Positions 38,281-53,712 of a stretch of 64,000 nucleotides of DNA are shown piece by piece. The number at the start of each line of letters is the position of its first letter. Position 1 is the first letter of the stretch. The notes under the pieces were generated by a model. It did no database searches, was not told the origin of the DNA, and worked only from the letters and a program-made list of their open reading frames with translations. The stretch is from Planctomycetota bacterium (GTDB lineage Bacteria > Planctomycetota > UBA1135 > UBA2386), in contig OZ245006.1 of NCBI GenBank assembly GCA_965223545.1, forward strand, positions 512,001 to 576,000, given 5' to 3'. The position numbers and the translations under genes were made by a program.

Positions 38281-40140
38281 ATGCGCCTTCAGTCCGCGAC
38301 GCTTTGGCACCTCGCCACCGTATGCCCCCTGACTGCGCTCCCCGCGCAGGGCCTCGACGTTGTCGACACCTTTGGCCGAAGCGCACTCTCCCCAGGCCTC
38401 GTGGTGGTCGACTGGGAAGGGCACATCGCCAACCCACTGGTGCGGATCCAGGTGGTGCCTCCGGCGACTGCGACCTTCCCGGCTACGGCGACGGTGACCG
38501 CTGATCACCAGCGCCTCTACTTCAACCGACCGTCGACCGTTGGCGCGAACGGTCCGGGAAAGACGCTTTCGTTCTCGGACGCTACGCCGCGCTCCCTGCA
38601 AATCGCGATCTTCCCCGACCGGGATGCCGTCGACGAAAACTACAACCTGCATGTCGACTTCCGTGACGCGACCGGCGCGGCGGCGATGGCAGACGTGACG
38701 CTGCACGTCCTCGACCAGGACCTGGCACGAGGCCACGAGGTCGACGTGACCTTCGACTACTCCGAGGACAAGAGCGGGTTCTTCGGCACGACCGAGCGGG
38801 GCATTACCGAGACCGCGGTGCGAGAATGGACCTACTTCCTCGCAGATCCCGGCCTCGATCCCGTGGCGGTTGGTGCCGAGCGCCACTTCGTCTGGAATTG
38901 GCCGCTCGCCTGGACCGGGGGTGGCACCACCACCGTGTGGAACTCCGTCCCCTACACCGGATTTCACCTGTGGGTCTACGGCATCGCAACGCCGCAACTG
39001 CGGTCTGGCGGTGAGCCGTCGAACTGCTGTCTGCAGTCCGTCAACGGCGCACCACTGTCAATACGCCGCTCTGGCGGCGTCGAGATCGAGACCCAGGGCA
39101 ACTACAACCGCCTGGGTTGGTTTCGCACCGCCAGCGCCGACGACTGGTGGGTCAGCGGCAACCTCGGCAACGAACCCAACGATCTGTTCTCGATCGCCCA
39201 CCACGAGTTCGGCCACGCGCTGGGGTTCGACGCACGGTACCCGCTGTTCGGCGCGGCAAAGACCAGCGGTAGCCTGAGCAGCCCCGCGATCGTGGCCTAC
39301 TATGGCGGCGCGGTACGGATCGACGCGAGCAGCCACTTCGCCGGGGCAGTGGATCCGGCGAGTGGGCGGGGCGTGTTCGGCAACGAGTATCGTGGCCGGG
39401 TGCCGGCGCGCCGCTGGCTACCGACCAAGCTCGACTTGCTGATGCTCGAGGCCGTGGGCCACACGCTGCGCCCGACCACGCCACTCGCCCCGCTGGTAGG
39501 CACCGCGGCGGCGCTGCCGCAGGGGGCAGTCGGGATCGCCTACCGCTCGACCGTGCAGGCCACCGGAGGCGTCCCGGCCTACGACTTCACGATCGATACC
39601 GGAGCGTTGCCGCCGGGTCTGACGCTCGATCGGTTTGCGGGCATCATTGGCGGCACCCCCACCGCGGCCGGGAGCTTCGCCTTTTCGGTCCGGATCGCCG
39701 ACAGCGGAACCGAGCCCGACCAGCTGGTCAGCGGGCGCATCGACGTCATCACACCACAGTGCCAAGCCGCTTGGACTACCTACGGTGCGGGCACACCCGG
39801 CACGCTGGGCATCCCCACGGTGAACTTGGTCGGTCTCCCACAGCTGGGCCAACCCGTCACGCTCCAGTACGGCAACTCGGCCGGCACCACCACCCAAGGC
39901 GCGCTGCTGTTGGGTACCCAACGGACGACCACCGCTCTGCTCGGCGGAACGCTGCTCGTGCCGCCCTTGACCACTTTGCCAATCCCCGTACCGGTGCCGG
40001 GCGGCGGCGTGGTGCTGACGGTGCCGGGTGACCCGATGTTCGACTGCAGCCGCGTGATGCTGCAGGTCGTCGAGCTCGACCCCGGCGCCACGCAGGGCGT
40101 GTCGTTCAGCCGCGGCGTTGAGCTCACGCTCGGCCAGTAG
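38281..40140 (+). CDS. Secreted zinc metalloprotease with putative Ig domain and shared C-terminal domain
   Basis: Signal peptide (..LPA|Q), HEFGHALG, ATGG..PY...GALPPGLTL...GTPT Ig motif, YGAG.PG...LQ....DPG...SRGVELTLG. Confidence 0.88.
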   Translation: MRLQSATLWHLATVCPLTALPAQGLDVVDTFGRSALSPGLVVVDWEGHIANPLVRIQVVPPATATFPATATVTADHQRLYFNRPSTVGANGPGKTLSFSDATPRSLQIAIFPDRDAVDENYNLHVDFRDATGAAAMADVTLHVLDQDLARGHEVDVTFDYSEDKSGFFGTTERGITETAVREWTYFLADPGLDPVAVGAERHFVWNWPLAWTGGGTTTVWNSVPYTGFHLWVYGIATPQLRSGGEPSNCCLQSVNGAPLSIRRSGGVEIETQGNYNRLGWFRTASADDWWVSGNLGNEPNDLFSIAHHEFGHALGFDARYPLFGAAKTSGSLSSPAIVAYYGGAVRIDASSHFAGAVDPASGRGVFGNEYRGRVPARRWLPTKLDLLMLEAVGHTLRPTTPLAPLVGTAAALPQGAVGIAYRSTVQATGGVPAYDFTIDTGALPPGLTLDRFAGIIGGTPTAAGSFAFSVRIADSGTEPDQLVSGRIDVITPQCQAAWTTYGAGTPGTLGIPTVNLVGLPQLGQPVTLQYGNSAGTTTQGALLLGTQRTTTALLGGTLLVPPLTTLPIPVPVPGGGVVLTVPGDPMFDCSRVMLQVVELDPGATQGVSFSRGVELTLGQ

Positions 40141-40815
40141 CGGCGCACAGCGATGACGCCGCGCCTTCCTTGTGCTCACTTTGTTGCAGGACGACTGCCT
40201 GCGAAGACAGCCCGACCGACTGGTGACGCTGGGTCCGGGCGCCGAATATCTCCGCGACGGTGGCCGCGACCCGCGGGCCCCGGTGCGGCTTGAGCTTGTC
40301 CTCCGGCAGGCCGGGCCCCTCGCCGTCGATCGCCTTCACCATCGCGCGGCAGATCGCAGTGCCCTACGACTCGTCCTCGCCGACGTACTCGCGCCCCGAT
40401 GCCCCCCGCACGACGAACCTGGGCGGCCACTGCGATTCGTCGCGGGTGGTCGTACCGGGATGCCGCTGCTCCATGACCAACGCCACGCCCGGGGCGGCGG
40501 GCGGATTCTCCGAGAACCTGGAGAGAGCGCTCGACTGACGTGACGCGCTACAGCTCGACGCGCGTGATCAGGTTCCAGGCTGCCGCGCGCGTTATCCGCA
40601 CAAGCCGACGGTGCCAAGCCTCCGGTTCGCAAGACCGATCATCACGAGGTCGGCGTCCGTCAACGAGTCCTTGTCGCCCTGCTGCTGTCGGTCAGTCTCC
40701 GCGAGCGTGTCGCCTCGGCGTTCCTTCGTCCGTTTGAGGCGCGCACCAGAGTCACGGCCACAGGGCGGAACTCTGAGACCATGGCCCGGGGGCCGCGCCT
40801 TGCGCAGCAACCGCC

Positions 40816-41439
40816 TCACTCGCGGCCTTCGAGCCGCGCCAGCAGCGCGAGGCTGGCTCGGCTGACGAGATTGCGAACCGAGTCCACGGTGCGGCCCATG
40901 CGCTCGGCGATCTCTGCTTGACTCAGGCCAACGATGCGCGCGAGCAGCAGTGCTTCGCGCTGGGCCTCGGGCAGACCGTCCATCGCCGCTTCGATGCGCT
41001 GCGCCTCTTCGTCGGCGATCGCGTTCTGGCTCGGGCTCGGCTCGAAGCTGCAAAGGCTCACGTAGATCCCGACCGAGGTCCGCCCCTGCCCAGCGCGCAC
41101 CTCGCGCCCGGGGTCGCGCCGCTGCGCGCGGTGAAACTCGCCTTTCTGCCGGACCTTGTTGAGCGCGGCCGTGAACAGCCAGGCGCGGAAACTCCCGGCC
41201 CCGCGGAACTCGAACTTCGGCAGATCCTCGAGGACTTCGCGGCAGATCGACTGCACGAGGTCCGACCCCGACTCGCGCAGCCGGAGGCGCGCATCGCTCT
41301 GCAGCCGGACGAATGCGCGCAGGTCGTCGAGGTGCTCACCAATGAGCTCATCGATGGCCCCGGGCCGCTGCTGCTGTGCGGCAACGAGCAACATCTCGGT
41401 GCGGTCGTCGGATCGGCCGGTCCGCGGAGAGTCTTGCAC
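40816..41439 (-). CDS. ECF sigma-70 factor, kinase-associated type (GTG start inferred)
   Basis: RESGSDLVQS region 2, FRAWLF, PSPSQNA, LPEAQREALLL...GLSQAEIAERMGRT..SVRNLVSRA. Confidence 0.9.
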   Translation of the reverse strand: MQDSPRTGRSDDRTEMLLVAAQQQRPGAIDELIGEHLDDLRAFVRLQSDARLRLRESGSDLVQSICREVLEDLPKFEFRGAGSFRAWLFTAALNKVRQKGEFHRAQRRDPGREVRAGQGRTSVGIYVSLCSFEPSPSQNAIADEEAQRIEAAMDGLPEAQREALLLARIVGLSQAEIAERMGRTVDSVRNLVSRASLALLARLEGRE

Positions 41440-41546
41440 GCGAAGATTGTAATGTAGCCGAGCACGCTCCGACTCTCGTCTGTTGGAGTCCACCCAGCTC
41501 CGCACGCAAGGCATCGAAGGCGCCCTGACGTATCCTGCTCATCGCG

Positions 41547-44813
<3,267 letters not shown>

Positions 44814-44868
44814 GTCCGGATTCCGAGAATCCGCGAGAGGACCGACGGCGGCTCCGACTCTCGCCCGA

Positions 44869-47484
44869 ATGCAGACCAGACCGCATCCGACCGGGGCCTT
44901 CGCGGCCGCTCTCCTCGGCACCCTGCTGGGGTTGCCCGTCGCTATCCTGCCGGGCCAGCAGCAGTTCGACGCACTGGGCAAGCGACACCTGCCCGCCACG
45001 GGCGGGGGGCCAACCGTCGTCGTCGACGTCGATGGCGACGGCGACCAGGACGCTGTGATCCTCGACATCGTGTGCCGGAACGACGGCGAAGGCGTGTTCA
45101 CGGCCGCCGGGCGCCTGCCGGCCATGCCCCCCTTCGTCGGAGATCTGGCCGCGGGTGACGTCGACGGCGACGGCGACGCGGACATCGTGGTCGCGGTCGG
45201 ATCCGGCCAGCAGAACTTGCTCTACGTCAACGACGGCACCGGCGCGTTCACCGCCGCCGCGCCGGCGCGCATGCCGGTCGCCCTCGACAGCTCGAACGCC
45301 GCAGCGCTCGACGACGTCGATCGCGACGGCGACCTCGACATCGTGTTCGGCAACGCGCCCGGCCTGCCCGCCAACCCGCAGAACCGGCTGTATCTGAACG
45401 ACGGTGCCGGCGTCTTCACGGACGTGACCGCGGCGCGGATGCCCGCGATCCAGGACAACACGGCCGCGGTAGTCGTCGTGGACGTCGACGGCGATGGCTC
45501 TGGCGACATCGTCGTCGCCAACAACAACGAACAGACCCGCCTGCTCCTGAACGACGGCGGGGGGTTCTTTGCCGATGCCACGGCCACGCACGTGCCCCAG
45601 GACACCGGCGCCCAGGCCATCGCGTGGGCCGATGTCGACGGCGACAACGATCCGGACCTCGTGCTGGCGCGCGGGCAGACGCCGCTCCAGAACCGGCTGT
45701 ACCTGAACGACGGCAGCGGCATCTTCACCGACGGGACGGCGGCGCGGATGCCCGTCGACGACGACTGCACGTACGCCGTGGCGCTCGACGACGTCGATCG
45801 CGATGGCGATGTCGACGTCGTGTTCGGGAACTACGGTCAGGACCGGCTCTACCGCAACGACGGCAGCGGGGTCTTCGTGGACGCCACCGCGACCCACCTC
45901 CCGGACGACCAGTCGGGGACGGGCGTGCTCGTGTTCGGCGACGTCGACAGCGACAGCGACGCCGATCTGCTGCTCGGCGATCGGCTGTACCTGAACGACG
46001 GCGGTCGCAGGTTCGTCGACGCCACGGCCGGGCACGTCCCCAGCACAGAGGAGTACTTGTTGGCCGCGGTGCTCGACGATCTGGACGGAGACGGCGACCT
46101 GGACCTCGTCGGCGGGGGCGGATCTCGAAATCGGCTGTATCTCAACGACGGCCGCGGCACGTTCACGGATGTCACGGACGCGAGGTTGCCGCCCGACTCG
46201 GGGATCGCGCCCGTGGCGCTCGGCGACGTCGACGGTGACGGTGACCTGGACCTCGTCGCTGGCGGCGGCCCCTTCTCTGGCTCCGGCACCGGCCAGACAC
46301 GGCTCTTGCTGAACGACGGCAACGCGACGTTCACGGACGCGACCGCGGCACGGATGCCCGTCGACAACGACGCGACCGCCTCGGTCGTGCTGGAGGACGT
46401 CGACGCGGACGGCGACCTCGACCTCGTCCTCGGCAACACGAGCTGGTCGAGCAGCGGCCCGGGCGTCCAGAACCGCCTCTATCTCAACGACGGTAGCGGT
46501 ACCTTCGCCGATGCCACCCCCGGGCGGATGCCGCCGGACACGGACCGGACGGCGGTCGTCGTGCTCGTCGACGTGGAGGGTGACGGGGACCCGGATCTGG
46601 TGTGCGGCAACGTGGGACATTACTGGGGGCAAACGGGTCCGGACCGGCTCTACCTGAATGACGGCAGCGGCTTCTTCACCGAAGCCACCGCGGGGCGGCT
46701 GCCCGCGGTCTCGTTCGGAACCACCGCCATGGTCTCGGCCGACGTCGACGGCGACGGCGATTTCGATTTGTTCGCGACAGGCTCCGACTACGCCTTCTAC
46801 CAGCCGCTGTCGGAGCAGCTCTACCTGAACGACGGCAGCGGGGCGTTCACCGATGTCACCGCGTCCCGACTACCCGGGACCGCCGGCGGCGGGCCCGCTG
46901 CGGCCGGGGACGTCGATGGCGACGGCGATCAGGACTTCGTGCTGGGAGGCGACCCGAAGGCGCTCTACCTGAACGATGGCAACGGGTTCTTCTCCGACGC
47001 GTCCTCACCGCGCATGCCGGCACGCCGCTCCTCCTCGGAGTACTTCGCGGCGTGCGCCCTCGGCGATGTGGACGGCGACGCCGACCTCGACATCGTGTGG
47101 GGTGGCCAGCGCTCGCTGGTCCTGGACTTCAACCTTCAGCGCCAGCTCGACGCGCCACTGCTGATGCGCAGCGGCCGCACCTACACCCTAGAAGTCTACG
47201 CCCGCTACGGCCCGCCGAGCGTGGCCGATGTCGCGGTGCCGTTCATCTCGACCGGCACGGCCCTGATCCCCCTGCCGCCACTCGGCACGCTGGGCCTCGA
47301 CCCCACGCAGATGCTGGCGCTCCCCGTGTTCGTCATCCCCCAACCGGCTGGCGTGGGCTCGGTGAGCCTCTCGGTCCCGAACCTGCCGGGTCTGGTCGGG
47401 GTCACCATCTACTCCCAGGCGCTGCTGATGCAGGACCCATACGCGCGGCGGCTGACCAACGTCGCGGCCGACGTGATCCTGTGA
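44869..47484 (+). CDS. Secreted FG-GAP/VCBS repeat protein (14 DxDGDGDxD repeats) with shared C-terminal domain
   Basis: Signal peptide, 14 DVDGDGD.D / RLYLNDG.G.F.D.T repeats. Confidence 0.92.
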   Translation: MQTRPHPTGAFAAALLGTLLGLPVAILPGQQQFDALGKRHLPATGGGPTVVVDVDGDGDQDAVILDIVCRNDGEGVFTAAGRLPAMPPFVGDLAAGDVDGDGDADIVVAVGSGQQNLLYVNDGTGAFTAAAPARMPVALDSSNAAALDDVDRDGDLDIVFGNAPGLPANPQNRLYLNDGAGVFTDVTAARMPAIQDNTAAVVVVDVDGDGSGDIVVANNNEQTRLLLNDGGGFFADATATHVPQDTGAQAIAWADVDGDNDPDLVLARGQTPLQNRLYLNDGSGIFTDGTAARMPVDDDCTYAVALDDVDRDGDVDVVFGNYGQDRLYRNDGSGVFVDATATHLPDDQSGTGVLVFGDVDSDSDADLLLGDRLYLNDGGRRFVDATAGHVPSTEEYLLAAVLDDLDGDGDLDLVGGGGSRNRLYLNDGRGTFTDVTDARLPPDSGIAPVALGDVDGDGDLDLVAGGGPFSGSGTGQTRLLLNDGNATFTDATAARMPVDNDATASVVLEDVDADGDLDLVLGNTSWSSSGPGVQNRLYLNDGSGTFADATPGRMPPDTDRTAVVVLVDVEGDGDPDLVCGNVGHYWGQTGPDRLYLNDGSGFFTEATAGRLPAVSFGTTAMVSADVDGDGDFDLFATGSDYAFYQPLSEQLYLNDGSGAFTDVTASRLPGTAGGGPAAAGDVDGDGDQDFVLGGDPKALYLNDGNGFFSDASSPRMPARRSSSEYFAACALGDVDGDADLDIVWGGQRSLVLDFNLQRQLDAPLLMRSGRTYTLEVYARYGPPSVADVAVPFISTGTALIPLPPLGTLGLDPTQMLALPVFVIPQPAGVGSVSLSVPNLPGLVGVTIYSQALLMQDPYARRLTNVAADVIL

Positions 47485-47722
47485 CGCGCGCGGGCGTGCT
47501 GGGGGCACGGGCGTCTGCGCTCAGCGTGGCCGTCCGGTCGCATCTCCCGCACAGACTTCTTCGAGGAGGGGGTTGACCGACGCCGATGACCTGATACACA
47601 TCTCCGCCCTTTATCCCATGAAGCACACGCCGTCGACCCCTGCCGCATGCAACGTGAGCACACTCACGTCGGCGCTGTCGTGCGCGCGTCGTAACGGGAT
47701 TCTCGGGGCGTTCGGCCCGTGC

Positions 47723-47800
47723 ATGGCGGCTTCGCAGGTCGCCGCGTCGCCGGTCGTCGTCGTACTTCTTTCGGTTATCGACCCCGGAGGGGTGCGGTAG
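47723..47800 (+). CDS. ilv operon leader peptide (an in-frame ATG at 47618 is an alternative start)
   Basis: MAASQVAASPVVVVLLSVIDPGGVR*: run of Val/Leu/Ile codons directly before the attenuator hairpin. Confidence 0.8.
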   Translation: MAASQVAASPVVVVLLSVIDPGGVR

Positions 47801-47828
47801 GCAACGCGGCTGATCCCAGCGCACGTAG

Positions 47829-47871
47829 AGAGCCCCGCACTCCTCCGAGGAGTGCGGGGCTCTTTTCGTTT
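47829..47871 (+). terminator. Attenuator Rho-independent terminator of the ilv operon
   Basis: 16-bp stem AGAGCCCCGCACTCCT/AGGAGTGCGGGGCTCT followed by TTTCGTTT; GGGGTGCGG at the leader end can pair with the 5' arm (antiterminator). Confidence 0.9.
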
Positions 47872-47923
47872 GCCCCGGGATCGCCGTTCGCGCGACGCAC
47901 CTGCTCGAACCAGCAGACCAGCG

Positions 47924-49638
47924 ATGAACAGCAATGCGATCAAACTGGGCCCCGAACGGGCTCCCGCCCGCGCCATGCTCAAGGCCACCGGCCTCGACGA
48001 TGCAGCGATCGACCGACCGTTGGTCGCGATCGTCAACACGTGGACCGAAGTCACGCCGTGCAACCTGCATCTGCGAGACCTCGCCCCTCACGTCAAGCAG
48101 GGCGTCCGGGACGCCGGTGGCACGCCGCTCGAGTTCAACACGATCGCGGTGTCCGACGGCATCGCGATGGGCACCGACGGCATGCGCGCGTCGCTGATTT
48201 CGCGCGAGGTAATCGCCGATTCGATCGAACTCGCCGTGCGCGGGCACAGCCTGGATGCCGTGATCGTGCTGGTCGGCTGCGACAAGACGATCCCGGCCGC
48301 GGCGATGGCGCTGGCGCGACTCGACCTGCCGGGCGTGATCCTCTACGGCGGCTCGATCGCGCCAGGAACATTCGACGGTCGCGACGTCACCATCCAGGAC
48401 GTGTTCGAAGGGGTCGGCGCGTTCGCGGCCGGCGCGCTCGATCGCGACGGGTTGCGACGGCTCGAGGACAACGCATGCCCCGCGGCCGGCGCATGCGGCG
48501 GGCAGTTCACGGCCAACACCATGGCGCTTGCACTGACCATGCTGGGCCTGTCGCCGATGGGCGCCAACGACGTGCCGGCGACACACCCCGACAAGGCCCC
48601 AGTGGCCCGCCGCTGCGGGGAAATCGTCATGCGCGCGTTCGCCGAGTCACGCAGCGCGCGCGCCCTGATCACCGAGAGTTCACTGCGCAACGCCGCGACC
48701 GCGGTGCTGGCGACCGGCGGCTCGACCAACGCCGTGCTCCACCTGCTCGCGATCGCCGGTGAAGCCGGAGTCGCCTTCCCGATCGACACGTTCAACGAGT
48801 TGTCCGAACGCACGCCGGTGCTCACCGACCTGAAGCCAGCAGGCCGCTTCACCGCCGTCGACTTCCACGCGGCCGGCGGCACACCCGAACTGGTGTCGCG
48901 CCTACGGGCCGCCGACCTGTGCACCGACACGCCGACGATCACCGGCGAAACGCTGTTCGAAGCAACCGCAAGGACGGACCTCAACGCCGATCGACGGCCA
49001 CCAGCACAGCCCGTGTTCCGCGACCTCGACGGGGCGCCAGAACGCGGCCTCGCGATCCTGTTCGGCAACCTCGCCCCTGACGGGTGCGTGGTCAAGCTCT
49101 GTGGCCACACGGTGGATCGGTTCGCGGGACCCGCGCGCGTTTTCGACGGAGAAGAACCCGCGTTCGCCGCCGTGCAGCACGGCGAAATCGCACGCGGTGA
49201 CGTGATCGTCATCCGCAACGAGGGACCGCGCGGCGGCCCGGGCATGCGCGAGATGCTCTCGGTGACCGCAGCGGTCATCGGCCGCGGCCTCGGCGAGCAC
49301 GTCGCCCTGATCACCGACGGTCGCTTCAGCGGCGCCACCTACGGCCTGATGGTCGGCCATGTCGCACCGGAGGCCGCGGCCGGCGGACCGATTGCCAGGT
49401 TGCGCGACGGCGATCGCATCACGATCGACGTGACCGAGAAGCGCCTCGCGACCGATGCCGTCCTCACTGCTCGCGCCTCGACGCTGCCCACCCGGCCGGA
49501 GCCGCCTGGCGCGCTGACCAAGTACGCCGCGCTTGTGCAGTCCGCCGCGATCGGTGCACCCACCAGCACACCGAACACGACTTCCCCCGCTACCTGCGGC
49601 AGTTCCCCCTCCCAACGCCAAACGACCGGAGAATCACG

Positions 49639-49642
<4 letters not shown>
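47924..49642 (+). CDS. ilvD: Dihydroxy-acid dehydratase
   Basis: [52 protein letters not shown]. Confidence 0.97.
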
Positions 49643-50663
<1,021 letters not shown>

Positions 50664-50667
<4 letters not shown>

Positions 50668-52424
50668 ACCCGCAACTCGCGCGCAACCGTGAACACGACG
50701 CCTCGGCGCACGCCGGAGCGAACGACATCGGCGCGTCCACGGCCAGCGACAACGAAACCGGCGCACAGGCGCTCGTGCGCGAACTCGAGGCGCTCGACGT
50801 GCGACGCGTGTTCGGCTACCCGGGCGGCGCGATCATGCCCGTCTACGACGCGTTGCTCGACAGCGGGATCGAGCATGTGCTGGTGCGGCACGAGCAGGCG
50901 GCGGCACTGGCGGCATGCGGGCAGGCACGGGTGAGCAACGACGTCGGCGTCTGCATCGCGACGTCGGGCCCCGGCGCGACCAACCTGATCACCGGCATCG
51001 CCGACGCGTTTGCCGACTCGGTGCCGCTGGTCGCGATCACTGGCCAGGTGCCGACGGCGCTGATCGGCACGAACGCGTTCCAGGAGGTCGACATCTTCGG
51101 CATGACGCTGCCAATCGTGAAGCACAGCTTCATGGTGCGCTCGGCGGAAGACGTGCGTAATACGCTGCGACGCGCGTTCGCGATCGCGCGCTCAGGGAGG
51201 CCGGGGCCCGTGCTCGTCGACCTGCCGAAGGACGTGGCGCTGGCCTGCGTGGGTCGCAATCCGTCGCCACGCGAAGGCGATGCGACGTCGCCGAACGCGT
51301 CGCCAGAACCCGGCCTACTCGAACGAGCGACCCGGCTGATGCGAACGGCCAACCGACCGATCGTCTACGCCGGCGGAGGCATCGTGCGCGGCGAGGCGAC
51401 CGCGGCGTTCCGCGGCTTCGTCGAGCAACTCGGCGCACCGGTGGTGACCACGTTGAACGGCATCGGCACGCTGCCGAGCGATCACGAGCTGCTGCTCGGC
51501 ATGCTCGGCATGCACGGTTCGCGCGCGGCGAACGTCGCCGCGCAGGAAGCGGACCTGCTGATCTGCCTCGGCGCACGCTTCGACGATCGCGCCACCGGGC
51601 GGCTCAACGCGTTCGCGCCACGCGCGCGCGTACTGCACGTTGACATCGATCGCGCCGAACTCGGCAAGCTGAGGCAGGCGCATCTGGCGATCGCGGCGAA
51701 CGTGCGCGACTTCCTGACCCACGTGACAATCGACCGACCGGCGATCGAAGCGTGGCGACGGTCCTGCCTGCACCGACGGGATGACGACGCGCAGCACGTC
51801 AGCAGCCACGGCGACTCGATCGATGCCCCGAGCTTCCTGCGCGAGCTAACCGGGCGCGACCCCGGTCGCTGGATCGTGACCTGTGACGTCGGCCAGCATC
51901 AGATGTGGGTCGCGCAACACGCTCGCTTCACCGAACCGTGCCAGCACCTGTCGAGCGGCGGCCTCGGCACGATGGGGTTCGGTCTGCCGGCCGCGATCGG
52001 CGCCGCGCTCGCGCGTCCGGACCGTGACGTGATCACCATCTCGGGCGACGGCAGCTTCCTGATGAACGTGCAGGAGCTGGCGACGGTGCGCCGCTACCGG
52101 ATCCCACTCAAAATTGTCGTGCTGGACAACTCCGCGCTCGGCCTGGTGAGGCAATGGCAGACGCTCTTCTACGAACGGCGACACAGCGAGATCGACCTCT
52201 CCGACAACCCGGACTTCGTCGCGGTCGCCGAGTCGTTCGGCATCCCGGCGTTGCGCTGCGCGCGGCCAGCCGACGTGCCCGGGACGATCGACGCCCTCGA
52301 GTCGACCAATGGCCCGCTGCTCGTGCACGTGCCGATCGACGCACGCGCGAACGTGTGGCCGCTGGTGCCGCCCGATCATGCGAACGACCAGATGCTGGAG
52401 GAGCCGCCATGCGGAGCATACTGA
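50664..52424 (+). CDS. ilvG: Acetolactate synthase large subunit (AHAS II / IlvG-like)
   Basis: FGYPGGAIMPVYDAL, RHEQ, TSGPGATN, DVGQHQMW, GDGSF.MNVQEL, LGLVRQWQ. Confidence 0.9.
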
Positions 52425-52699
52425 AGCTCGTGTTCGACGACCAACCCGGCGAGCTCCTCCGGCTGCTCGGGATGATCGAGCGTCGCCTGTTTCGCATCGA
52501 AGCGTTGCGCACGGAGCCGGTCGCGACGAGTGGCATGACGCAGGTCACGGTCGAGCTGAGCGGCACCAACACCCCACACGTCCTCGCCAGGCAGCTCGCC
52601 GTCCGTGAAGGCGTCGAGGCCGTCACCACGACCCTACTGACCGCCAACCGTTCCGCGATCCCCCAGCTTCGCTCCGCAGACTCCACACCCACGCCATGA
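52409..52699 (+). CDS. ilvM: Acetolactate synthase small ACT subunit (IlvM-like)
   Basis: 96-aa single ACT domain (LLRLLGMIERRLF...VLARQL) overlapping the large-subunit gene. Confidence 0.75.
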   Translation: MRSILKLVFDDQPGELLRLLGMIERRLFRIEALRTEPVATSGMTQVTVELSGTNTPHVLARQLAVREGVEAVTTTLLTANRSAIPQLRSADSTPTP

Positions 52700-53712
52700 G
52701 CACCGCCTCCTTCGGAAACATCACGACCCCGCACATGCTGCGCCAACGCCATCGCGGCGGCCGCTGGCATGCCCCCGAAATCGTGCCATTCGGCGAGATC
52801 TCGATGTCACCGCTCGCCAAGGGGATCAACTACGGGCAGAGCGTCTTCGAAGGTATGAAGGCCTACCGCTCGACCGATGGCGATGTCGCCCTGTTCCGTC
52901 CGCGCGATCATCTGCGACGGCTGCAGCGGTCGGCCGCGCGGCTGTGCATGCCCCCGGTCGACATCAGCACGCTGCTGCCTGCGATGCTCGAGCTGATCCG
53001 GCGGGACGATGCCTTGGTCCCGGCGCATCCCGGCTCGCTCTACGTACGCCCCGTGCTGTTCGCATCGGAGGCTACGCTGATGCCGTGCGCGGCGGACGAG
53101 TTCGAGCTGGTCGTCGCGTTGTGCCCGGTACAGGACTACATCGCCGCACCCGACGGCCTGCGGCTGGCCACGTGCAGCGACTACGTGCGCGCCGCGCCCG
53201 GCGGCACGGGGTCGATCAAGTGTGCGGGCAACTACGCCGCCGCGATGCCAGCCATCGAACGCGCCCGCCGCGACGGATTCGACGAGGCGCTGTGGCTCGA
53301 CGCGGTTGAGCGGCGCTGGCTCGAGGAGGCCGGCTCGATGAACCTGCTTTACGTTCGTCACGGGCTCCTGTTGTCACCGCCCGACAGCGACACCGTGCTG
53401 CCCGGCATCACGCACGCCAGCTTGTCTGCGCTCGCGCACGAGAGCGGCCTCGAGGTCGGTCGGGAACGGCTGTCGATCGACGCACACGACTGGCACGACA
53501 TCGAGGAGGTGCTGGCTTGCGGAACGGCCGCCGGCCTGATGAGCGTGCGCGAGGTCGTGCACGACGGGGCGCGGCTGTTCTCGCGAGAGTCTCCTGGCCC
53601 CGTCTATCACGACCTCGCCAACCGGCTCACCGCCGCACGATTTGGTCACGACGGTGACCCGCGTGGCTGGCGTGTAGGGGTCGGTTCGCACTCGAATGCG
53701 CTAACCTGGTGA
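52696..53712 (+). CDS. ilvE: Branched-chain amino-acid aminotransferase
   Basis: YGQSVFEGMKAY, SLYVRP, KCAGNYAA, EEAGSMN, LPGIT, CGTAA. Confidence 0.93.
   Translation: MSTASFGNITTPHMLRQRHRGGRWHAPEIVPFGEISMSPLAKGINYGQSVFEGMKAYRSTDGDVALFRPRDHLRRLQRSAARLCMPPVDISTLLPAMLELIRRDDALVPAHPGSLYVRPVLFASEATLMPCAADEFELVVALCPVQDYIAAPDGLRLATCSDYVRAAPGGTGSIKCAGNYAAAMPAIERARRDGFDEALWLDAVERRWLEEAGSMNLLYVRHGLLLSPPDSDTVLPGITHASLSALAHESGLEVGRERLSIDAHDWHDIEEVLACGTAAGLMSVREVVHDGARLFSRESPGPVYHDLANRLTAARFGHDGDPRGWRVGVGSHSNALTW

Noticed and set aside
40124..40800. Possible small or degraded minus-strand gene
   Set aside because: In-frame stops and no recognisable motif; a call cannot be supported
44869..47150. Recurrent DNA repeats (GACGTCGACGGCGACGGCGAC, CTGAACGACGGC)
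   Set aside because: These are codon-level echoes of FG-GAP protein repeats, not a non-coding array
47573..47600. Sigma-70 promoter TTGACC-N16-TACACA for the ilv leader
   Set aside because: Plausible, but the -10 is weak and it cannot be verified from sequence alone
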